64,000 nt of DNA from an uncultured virus (IMG/VR IMGVR_UViG_3300042349_000638) (taxonomy: Duplodnaviria; Heunggongvirae; Uroviricota; Caudoviricetes). A program made the position numbers and the translations under genes. The notes beneath the pieces are model-generated. The model worked only from the letters and a program-made list of their open reading frames with translations, did no database searches and was not told the DNA's origin. Of the stretch, positions 20,207-27,562 are shown piece by piece (positions within the stretch are counted from its first letter, which is position 1; every line of letters starts with the position of its first letter). The stretch is taken from the IMG/VR virus record IMGVR_UViG_3300042349_000638; one strand, written 5' to 3'.

Positions 20207-20235
20207 ATTATAAGATATTTAATTATTTTTGTCAA
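20207..20235 (-). promoter_or_regulatory. Consensus sigma70-type promoter
   Basis: TTGACA (20235-20230), 17-nt spacer, TATAAT (20212-20207). Confidence 0.85.
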
Positions 20236-20398
20236 GTTTACTACTTAGAAGGTATTCGACAGTATTTGCAACGTCATTCATTGCGAGTCTTAAATCTGGT
20301 CTTTGACCAGATTCTTGTTTAACTATGGGTCTTGAGTCCTCAGTTAGAGTCCACCTCCACTGCCCCATGTCTTTACAATACCACAAATTAATTTTCAT
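20219..20398 (-). CDS. Small hypothetical protein (59 aa)
   Basis: Read by hand: MKINLWYCKDMGQWRWTLTEDSRPIVKQESGQRPDLRLAMNDVANTVEYLLSSKLDKNN. Fills the gap downstream of the tRNAs and is below the ORF-track cutoff. Confidence 0.65.
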   Translation of the reverse strand: MKINLWYCKDMGQWRWTLTEDSRPIVKQESGQRPDLRLAMNDVANTVEYLLSSKLDKNN

Positions 20399-20418
20399 TT
20401 ACTTCTAATGTTAATGTA

Positions 20419-20500
20419 TGTCGATGAAAGGACTTGAACCTTCAAGGATTGCTCCACTGGAACCTAAACCCAGCGCGTATACCAATTCCGCCACATCGAC
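20419..20500 (-). tRNA. trnL: tRNA-Leu(TAG)
   Basis: GTCGATG acceptor pairs with CATCGAC. D-arm GCGGAATTGGTATACGC, anticodon arm CTGGG-TTTAGGT-TCCAG, long variable arm, T-loop GTTCAAGTC. CCA is not encoded. Confidence 0.95.
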
Positions 20501-20504
20501 AGAG

Positions 20505-20576
20505 AGCCCCCGACTGGATTTGAACCAGCGACCAACGGTTTACAAAACCGTTGCTCTACCACTGAGCTACAAGGGC
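20505..20576 (-). tRNA. trnT: tRNA-Thr(TGT)
   Basis: GCCCTTG...CGGGGGC acceptor, D-arm GCTCAGTGGTAGAGC, anticodon arm AACGG-TTTGTAA region paired with CCGTT, T-loop GTTCAAATC. CCA is not encoded. Confidence 0.95.
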
Positions 20577-20577
20577 A

Positions 20578-20856
20578 CTAATCACAAGGAAGACATTCTG
20601 GATTTTCCAGATCCAATTCGAAAAAACATGGATGACATTCTTCCATAATAAGATAACCAGAAGATTTATATAACCTTTCAGCATCATAAATTAAATTATG
20701 ATTCGCCATAGATATGATCTCTGGATCATCTGTTGCAATTTCGGGAAGTTCATCAAAAGTAAAAGGTACTTCATTAATAAAGTACATTTTTACAATCATT
20801 ATGAGGTCTTCATCAAATTTGTACCAACAGTATCTATGAGTTATTTTATGCTTCAT
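20578..20856 (-). CDS. Hypothetical protein
   Basis: 92-aa ORF co-directional with its neighbours, ending 1 nt before tRNA-Thr. Confidence 0.65.
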   Translation of the reverse strand: MKHKITHRYCWYKFDEDLIMIVKMYFINEVPFTFDELPEIATDDPEIISMANHNLIYDAERLYKSSGYLIMEECHPCFFELDLENPECLPCD

Positions 20857-20995
20857 AGTTACAATTCCTTCTATTATATGTAGAAGGTTGGGATAGTGAG
20901 TTAAAACTCACACTTTAAAAAAGTAATAAGGGCAAAAATTTGAGGAATTTTTTTTCGCCCTAAAATGGAATTAAAAGTTGATTTTCTCTGAGAAA

Positions 20996-21178
20996 TTAAA
21001 AAGGATTTGAATAAACTAGATTATCTTCATGTACCTGATTACGAACAACCTCAAGAACATTCATAAACTGATCTACAGTTTGGCAGGTCACTTGCTTTTC
21101 TGAACCTTCACTGGAGTACAGATACACTGTACGCTTGATAGGGTCTACCACGCAACGTGAGAGGTACTCGTCTTGCAT
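20996..21178 (-). CDS. Small hypothetical protein
   Basis: 60 aa, directly downstream of a sigma70-like promoter. Confidence 0.7.
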   Translation of the reverse strand: MQDEYLSRCVVDPIKRTVYLYSSEGSEKQVTCQTVDQFMNVLEVVRNQVHEDNLVYSNPF

Positions 21179-21203
21179 TTGGTCATCCGTTGATTACCTT
21201 AGT

Positions 21204-21232
21204 AATATAGCAGGTCCTATGGTCCGTGTCAA
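21204..21232 (-). promoter_or_regulatory. Sigma70-type early promoter
   Basis: TTGACA (21232-21227), 17 nt, TATATT (21209-21204). Confidence 0.75.
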
Positions 21233-22161
21233 GCCCCGTATTCCAGAATTAATCTTCCTTCATCATCACTCATTTCAGAATTAATAACATGCTCATCTTG
21301 TCTCTCTGCTACAACTATCCAAGAAATTAAATCTGTACAATTTTCATCTTCACATTCAATTTCTAAAATAGATCCAGTAATTCTTCCTTTTAATCTAGAC
21401 CAACCTTCAAGATTTTGTAAGAAAATATCTGGGTTTCTATTTAATTTTTCCCAAGTTCCTGGTGTCATTGTTTGACCACCTGGAGATACACAATCAACGT
21501 CTAGATTAACGGTTGCTTTACCAGTTGATAGTCTTACCTTATTTCTGTAAATGTTATCATATCTTGGACCCTCAATGAATGAGTGTCTTAATCTTTTAGT
21601 TTCTTCAAGTGGGTGATTGATGTCAAAAGTACCAGAACCTTTTGTAAGTGTTCCTTCAATACAACAATCTCCAAGAACAACTAAATTTTGTTCTATTAGA
21701 GTATTGCCGTTTACATAAAGTTTAGCATCCCCAGGTACTGGGCATAGTCCTCCAGGATCATCTGAATAAATTCCTGCAATAGAAACTCTATCGCTAAAGT
21801 ATGATTTTCCATATACTTGCAAACGGTAATCTGTGAGACCTGGAATTACACTTTCTCCATCTCCTCCTCCACCAATAATCTCATATTGCAGAACATAAAT
21901 TTTGTTTGCTACCTCATATCTTTTAACCCAAAGTTTATCTACAACTAACCTTTTAACATCCTTTGGACCTTCAAGGGTAGTATATCTTCTGATATATTCA
22001 TACTCATTTTCTGTAGTTCCAATACCAACTGGTTCAGTAGAACCAAGACCTACTGGTTCTGGTTGTAAAATATTAAGCGTTAATGGATATGGATCTGGTG
22101 GGAGTGGTTGTGGAGGTATTGATACAAATACGGTTCCGACTCCAGCGGGTGCTTCTGCCAT
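21229..22161 (-). CDS. Tail spike/needle-associated protein with chaperone-like C-terminal domain
   Basis: C-terminal GTFDINHP...RLRHSFIEGP...AER domain, paralogous to that of 22167-22964. Lies downstream of the gp5-like gene. Confidence 0.5.
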   Translation of the reverse strand: MAEAPAGVGTVFVSIPPQPLPPDPYPLTLNILQPEPVGLGSTEPVGIGTTENEYEYIRRYTTLEGPKDVKRLVVDKLWVKRYEVANKIYVLQYEIIGGGGDGESVIPGLTDYRLQVYGKSYFSDRVSIAGIYSDDPGGLCPVPGDAKLYVNGNTLIEQNLVVLGDCCIEGTLTKGSGTFDINHPLEETKRLRHSFIEGPRYDNIYRNKVRLSTGKATVNLDVDCVSPGGQTMTPGTWEKLNRNPDIFLQNLEGWSRLKGRITGSILEIECEDENCTDLISWIVVAERQDEHVINSEMSDDEGRLILEYGA

Positions 22162-22166
22162 GATAA

Positions 22167-22964
22167 TTATCTCCTGTCGTAGTGATATCCAGCAATCGAT
22201 CTTTGAGAATTATCTCCAGGATAATCTTCAATTGTTCCTCGATACTCTGGTATTAATTTTTCAGTGTCTGCTCTTTCAGCAAAAATATGATAGAAACAAT
22301 CAATAGGCATTCCACCATTTGATTGTAAAAATACTTTATTCTCCCCTATTCTTTTTATGATCACATTTTGATGTGACCCTATAGGAGTTAAAGATACTGT
22401 GATTGATGTTGGATCTACAAGATTTGTCCAATATTCTGGTAACTCAATTTCATTTTTATTTTTTACTCTTCCGCGAACATAAACTGCTGCTTCTGGACCT
22501 TCTACACAGGTATGAGTAAGTCTCCAACCTTCTTTTGTTGGATGAGGAATATCAAAGTTTTTCTTTTGATGTAACTTATGACCTCCACAATGAGACCATA
22601 CCTGTGCTGCTGATATGATATTGTCTCCTGCTTTTATTTGAGCACCGACTGTAAGTTGGCGGTCAACATCAACTGCTCCAAGAAATGCAGATGGTCCCAT
22701 AACACCTAAAGTATATGGACTGTTGTTTACGGATTCACAAGCTGAAATTGAGCCAGGAATAGATGGGGTTGGGGACTCTGGATTCGTCAATGGAGCGTGC
22801 ATTACACACGCTCCAACCTGAGTCCAATAAGTAGCACTTCCAAAAATCATTGGACCCTGAATATAAGCAGATCCTCTAATTTCTTTAACTCCTATTCCTA
22901 GTGGTTTTGGTTTTCCCAAACCAACTTGAAGTCTTTTTCCTACAGATACATTTGGTAATAACAT
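22167..22964 (-). CDS. Tail spike/needle-associated protein with chaperone-like C-terminal domain
   Basis: KNFDIPHP...RLTHTCVEGP...AER motif. Lies in the gp5 neighbourhood. Confidence 0.5.
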   Translation of the reverse strand: MLLPNVSVGKRLQVGLGKPKPLGIGVKEIRGSAYIQGPMIFGSATYWTQVGACVMHAPLTNPESPTPSIPGSISACESVNNSPYTLGVMGPSAFLGAVDVDRQLTVGAQIKAGDNIISAAQVWSHCGGHKLHQKKNFDIPHPTKEGWRLTHTCVEGPEAAVYVRGRVKNKNEIELPEYWTNLVDPTSITVSLTPIGSHQNVIIKRIGENKVFLQSNGGMPIDCFYHIFAERADTEKLIPEYRGTIEDYPGDNSQRSIAGYHYDRR

Positions 22965-22970
22965 ATTAAT

Positions 22971-23576
22971 TTAAGCTTGAATAGTTCCAGAATTAAGTTG
23001 AGTATTTGTTTGAATATTTGTATCCCAAAGGGAGGGTTTACTGTTTCCTCCACTACAAGCGTTATCAACTGCTGCAAATAGACCTGCAGAAAAATTCATA
23101 GATGATTTTGCTACAAGTTCACATGCACCTGATGAAAAGAATTTTACCACAGAACTGCCATTAAGTTCAACATTTTTAGATCTAAGCATAATTTTTTCAT
23201 TTGCTTCCATGGTAAGAATGCCTTGATCGTTACCACTAGCATTTTCATTTGCAAGAATATCAATATTTCTTGCTTTCATTTTTATATCACCATTGAGAGC
23301 ATTTAAAACAATGTCACCATTCAATGCTTCAATTAGGATTGCCGTTTGACCTTTTTTCTGATCATCTCCACATTTAATTTGATAAACTTTTGGGCAACGA
23401 TTTGTTGTTGTTCCAGCTCTTTTTCCTTCAGAATCAAATGTCATGTAGTGGCGATAATCATATCCACTTCTTGCCATAAAAGAAGATAGAGTTTGGTCAT
23501 TGTGAACATGTCCAAATTTTATTTCACCATTTCTAGTGCCATACCTTACTGCATCTCTTGATTCTTTTTTTGCCAT
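22971..23576 (-). CDS. Baseplate spike-related protein (gp5 C-terminal beta-helix-like)
   Basis: Short beta repeats (IEALNGDIVLNALNGDIKMKARNIDI). Probable start MAKKES at 23576, just after the gp5-like stop. Confidence 0.5.
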   Translation of the reverse strand: MAKKESRDAVRYGTRNGEIKFGHVHNDQTLSSFMARSGYDYRHYMTFDSEGKRAGTTTNRCPKVYQIKCGDDQKKGQTAILIEALNGDIVLNALNGDIKMKARNIDILANENASGNDQGILTMEANEKIMLRSKNVELNGSSVVKFFSSGACELVAKSSMNFSAGLFAAVDNACSGGNSKPSLWDTNIQTNTQLNSGTIQA

Positions 23577-23581
23577 GTTAA

Positions 23582-25957
23582 TTAGTTCTCTGGGATAAGT
23601 CTTCCAACACAATCTACGACTTGTATGATTGGAACTCCTGCTGGAACTTCCTTCACTTCGTCTACTCTATTTACACAAAAATTTGGGAGGATTTTTGCAT
23701 TGTAACCAGTGTCACTTTCAACATATATCGTTGGCCAAAAGTCAAATCCATTTCCAGGATTTATGACTCTAATCTCCTCTAAGGTTCCATTTGGACCAAA
23801 CACTGGTTCAAACTCCGCTCCATTACTGTCTGGATATATTTTTATTTTATCTGTTGGTTGATAGTTCCAACCTTTTCTTACAACTCTCGGATCACATATT
23901 GTTAAGAATACGCCATAAGTATCAGCATTTCCTTTAGGTGGAACTTCTTCTGGTTCCACTGGCAAAGGTGCAGTTATTTCCATAACATCAGTAGTCATAT
24001 CTTTAGTAATAACAGTAGTAACTCCACCAAATAAAGGAATTGGAAAGTCTATTTTACTATTCTCAGGAAGAGTTATTTCATCTCCTGGTTTTAAAATAAT
24101 TTTTTGTCCAGGAGAAAAAGGACGTTCCCAATCTTTATTTTCTCTTTTAACAATGGTTTGATTTGGTTTTGCCCACTCTCTCCCATCTCCTCCTTTACTT
24201 CCATCTGGCTTTGGCAGATATCCATCACCAGGAGTATCAATTAAAACATTAGTTAGAACAAACTGACCAGTAGGAACGCCTCCTCCAGCAGGAGCGCCAC
24301 CTCCAGCAGGAGCGCCTCCTCCAGCAGGTGCAAACTCTGCGATTGCTGCTGCTCCAGAACCTTTTCTGCAAGTATCTTGAATCATCACTTCAGGCGAATT
24401 ATTAATTCCAAAGGTACTTCCTGCATTTACAAGATCAACTGCTAATAAATCACCAGCAGCACTGACTACAGCATTTGCAGTGGCATTTTTAAGTTGTCCA
24501 AAAAAGTCAACTGTAGGTGGTCCGCATTTTTTAGAATCACCACTACATCCCTTAACACCAGAAACTATAGATGATATTGCACTTCCAATATTTACCATTG
24601 TGGCAAAATTAGCAGATGCACTACTAACTGCACTCTGAACCTGACCAATCAAACCAGAAATTTGACTTGCGAATCCAGCAGCGGCACCAAATATTGCAGT
24701 GAGATTAAACTGACTTTGCATTCCTGCTATCGTTCCAGGGCCATCCCACAAACTCCAAGTCAATAAACTCTTACAATCTTCTTCTTTTTCACATAAGAAG
24801 AATCCAACCAGTGCTTGAATAAGACCTAAAATACCACTAATTCCTCCACCAATACCCAGAAGTGCTAAAAGAGGTTGTAGTAGGTTACTGATCAGAGCAA
24901 TCAAAGGTCCCAAAATCTGACCAAGAATTGATCCAGCTACATTTTGAGCAATACATGAAGGAACGTTAACTAGTTTTTTAGATAGTGGACATACAATCCC
25001 TTTAACAATTTTTGGTATTGAATCGATAAATTTATTGAAAAGGCAACTTATCAATTCCCAGACTTTATCTTGAGTTTTCTTTAACTTAGGTCTATCTTCT
25101 TCCCAGACTTTACCATATTCCTTTTTAACTTTCTGCTGAATCAGATCTAAAGTATTTTTTCTAATTTCTTCAACAGTATTTTTTAATTTACCAGAAATAT
25201 AATCAGATGCTTTTTGACATAAAGCATCAGCTTGTCCATCAATTCCTCCAGAAATTCCACTAAGTTTTGCTGATATAGAATTCAAAGGATCTTGTAGTCT
25301 TTCAACATCTTGAATTAAATCACGAAGAAAAATTTGAATACCTTGTGTTTCATCACCTCCACATTTTCTTTTTGACGGTAAAGTTGTTTCTTTTTTTCCA
25401 TCATATTCTTGATCATCATCTATCTTAATTTTTTCTACAGTATCACTCCCAGAATTTGATTCTGTTTTTCCTCCACCACCTTTGATTCCAAATTCGGCAA
25501 CTCCATCAGATGACCTATATGGATCTTTTCCATATCCAGTTTTATTATCAAATCCCTTATTATCGTTAGCAGAACCTAGAGTTTGATTTTGAGAATCGTT
25601 TGGTAAAATACCTACAATAAGATATTCTGCACCATCAGCACCATCTTGAGCTTCAAGTTTAACCCAAGTACCTTCCTTAATATTTGCCGTCTGTGAAGCA
25701 TTTGCATGTCCACTTCCAGCAGTAACTGGCATTAAGACGCTACATACTGGCAATTTCTCATCAGGTATTTCTTTTTGGTCATGTACTCCAACGATACGAA
25801 CTCTATAACGTTGACCAAACCCAGTAATTACTCCAGGTTGTGTCCATTTTTTTCTTTCTTCATTGGTACACCAAGTTACTTCCTTCCCAATGATGCCTCT
25901 AATGACACCGCTGGTCGCAGTTCCTTGTTGTTGAGATGTTTCAACCTGAAAATACAT
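23582..25957 (-). CDS. gp5: Baseplate hub/spike protein, gp5-like N-terminal OB fold
   Basis: RYRVRIVGVH...DEKLP...VLMPVTAGSG matches the T4 gp5 OB-fold region. No lysozyme motif is evident. Confidence 0.75.
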   Translation of the reverse strand: MYFQVETSQQQGTATSGVIRGIIGKEVTWCTNEERKKWTQPGVITGFGQRYRVRIVGVHDQKEIPDEKLPVCSVLMPVTAGSGHANASQTANIKEGTWVKLEAQDGADGAEYLIVGILPNDSQNQTLGSANDNKGFDNKTGYGKDPYRSSDGVAEFGIKGGGGKTESNSGSDTVEKIKIDDDQEYDGKKETTLPSKRKCGGDETQGIQIFLRDLIQDVERLQDPLNSISAKLSGISGGIDGQADALCQKASDYISGKLKNTVEEIRKNTLDLIQQKVKKEYGKVWEEDRPKLKKTQDKVWELISCLFNKFIDSIPKIVKGIVCPLSKKLVNVPSCIAQNVAGSILGQILGPLIALISNLLQPLLALLGIGGGISGILGLIQALVGFFLCEKEEDCKSLLTWSLWDGPGTIAGMQSQFNLTAIFGAAAGFASQISGLIGQVQSAVSSASANFATMVNIGSAISSIVSGVKGCSGDSKKCGPPTVDFFGQLKNATANAVVSAAGDLLAVDLVNAGSTFGINNSPEVMIQDTCRKGSGAAAIAEFAPAGGGAPAGGGAPAGGGVPTGQFVLTNVLIDTPGDGYLPKPDGSKGGDGREWAKPNQTIVKRENKDWERPFSPGQKIILKPGDEITLPENSKIDFPIPLFGGVTTVITKDMTTDVMEITAPLPVEPEEVPPKGNADTYGVFLTICDPRVVRKGWNYQPTDKIKIYPDSNGAEFEPVFGPNGTLEEIRVINPGNGFDFWPTIYVESDTGYNAKILPNFCVNRVDEVKEVPAGVPIIQVVDCVGRLIPEN

Positions 25958-25962
25958 TTAAA

Positions 25963-26184
25963 TCAATCCTCATAAATTCTACACTCTAAAGCCTCTGGGT
26001 TTGAATCACAATATAATTCTAGAGGGGTTGGGTCATGTTCATCTCCAGGATGATTTTCTTTGTATGATTCTAAAGAAATCAATTCATCTTCAGTATGTCT
26101 ACGTGATTGTGGAGATGTCTGTGGATCATCTAATATTTTTTTATCTTGCTCAATATGTTGAGACAGTGTTCTTTTGTTGTCCAT
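25963..26184 (-). CDS. cp12: CP12 Calvin-cycle inhibitor (phage type)
   Basis: C-terminal DPTPLELYCDSNPEALECRIYED is the CP12 C-x8-C motif. The N-terminal Cys pair is absent, as in phage CP12s. Probable ATG at 26184. Confidence 0.92.
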   Translation of the reverse strand: MDNKRTLSQHIEQDKKILDDPQTSPQSRRHTEDELISLESYKENHPGDEHDPTPLELYCDSNPEALECRIYED

Positions 26185-26225
26185 ATAAGACAATAGCGTT
26201 TGTCTTATTTATTATGGATTATAAT

Positions 26226-27560
26226 CTATTTTTTACCTTCAGTGTCTCTAATTAATGTTAATGCAGTTGTATTTGCAGTATTTGTCATTTTTGATAGTCC
26301 AATTTTATGTGCTAAAGATTCAATCATGTATCTGCCACTTTTTCGTTTAGTTAGTTTTAGTGGTGCCTTTCCTCCTTTGTTTTCAGGGAAAGTAACTTCG
26401 ATAATATCACCAGCGTGAAGTTTCACATTTAATGGGATTACTATTTTTAAATTTGAAGTATTCAATTGATTATAACGCGCTCTTGCTTGACGCATAATTT
26501 CATCAGGTAATAGGTTTTGCTCTTTAGATTTCTTTTTGTCTATAGGTTTTAATTGACCAGTATCTAAAGGTCTCATATTAATTTTAAATGTCCTATTAGC
26601 AAAGTCTAATGCCTCTGCAATAATAGGAATATCTTTTCCAGCATTATTCTTTTTTAGATTTTGAGTTATTGCATCAAAAGGAGATGCTTCTTTGTATTTT
26701 GTTTTATATGGATCTACTGTTATAGATTCTGATTGAGAAAAAGTTCCACCTTTCATCATGTTCTCAATATCCATACTCTTATTGAATTGATAATCCATAA
26801 TTTTTGCATCATATCCAGGAGGAGCTGCTTCTTCAACTTTTTCATTATAAATGAATTTTGCTTTTGGAGACTCTGAAAATAATTTATCAATAGATTTAAA
26901 CTTTATAGAATCTGAGGTTTGATACAATAAGTATCCAGCAAGTTTTCCCTTCGCTCCAGAGAAATCAGGAACGCAACGTGAAGCTAACCACAAACATTGA
27001 TCGTATGGAGTTGCAGTCGCTTTATTTCCTTGAAATGTAAAATTTCCAAGTGAAGTATCAACATCAACTTTAAGAGATGTGCCTAAAGTATTTTTTAATA
27101 TATCACTTACTGAATCTGATATTAATCCTTCATATTGCTTAATTACTCTTTTCTTAGTATCTTCATTTTCAACCATGTCTGGCGACCACATATTCAAATC
27201 AACAAGAACTCCTTTAGTATCCTGTACATAATTATAATTTTTTAAAATTAAATCCAAATCTAATTTATTTTTATAACCATCCTGCAAAGATATTTTTATT
27301 TTTTCTCCAGAGGTTAACTTTGCTTTATCAACTATATTAAGGTCTCCTCCAGTGGGCCCACTTACATCAACAATTTTTGATGTTGCTCTTATTGTTGTAT
27401 CGAAAATGCTTTCAAAATATTGCAATTCTGCAAATCCACCAAGATTCTGACTATTAGAAACCTTGATTACTTCTCCGCCACCATTCGGAGTGATCGTATA
27501 TGTACTAATTACTGCTTGGCCAGTTTCAGCTGGCGTATTTGCGTACTTCTTTTCTGCCAT
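26226..27560 (-). CDS. Baseplate hub protein (gp27-like)
   Basis: Position between the tape-measure-like genes and gp5. Motifs FKSIDKL, LHAGDII, SGRYMIESLAH resemble hub/GPD-type proteins. Confidence 0.55.
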   Translation of the reverse strand: MAEKKYANTPAETGQAVISTYTITPNGGGEVIKVSNSQNLGGFAELQYFESIFDTTIRATSKIVDVSGPTGGDLNIVDKAKLTSGEKIKISLQDGYKNKLDLDLILKNYNYVQDTKGVLVDLNMWSPDMVENEDTKKRVIKQYEGLISDSVSDILKNTLGTSLKVDVDTSLGNFTFQGNKATATPYDQCLWLASRCVPDFSGAKGKLAGYLLYQTSDSIKFKSIDKLFSESPKAKFIYNEKVEEAAPPGYDAKIMDYQFNKSMDIENMMKGGTFSQSESITVDPYKTKYKEASPFDAITQNLKKNNAGKDIPIIAEALDFANRTFKINMRPLDTGQLKPIDKKKSKEQNLLPDEIMRQARARYNQLNTSNLKIVIPLNVKLHAGDIIEVTFPENKGGKAPLKLTKRKSGRYMIESLAHKIGLSKMTNTANTTALTLIRDTEGKK

Positions 27561-27562
27561 TT

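Noticed and set aside
20107..20322. Plus-strand 71-aa ORF
   Set aside because: It is antisense to a promoter, terminator and small minus-strand gene, with no expression signals of its own.
20418..20648. Plus-strand 76-aa ORF
   Set aside because: It is the antisense reading of the two tRNA genes.
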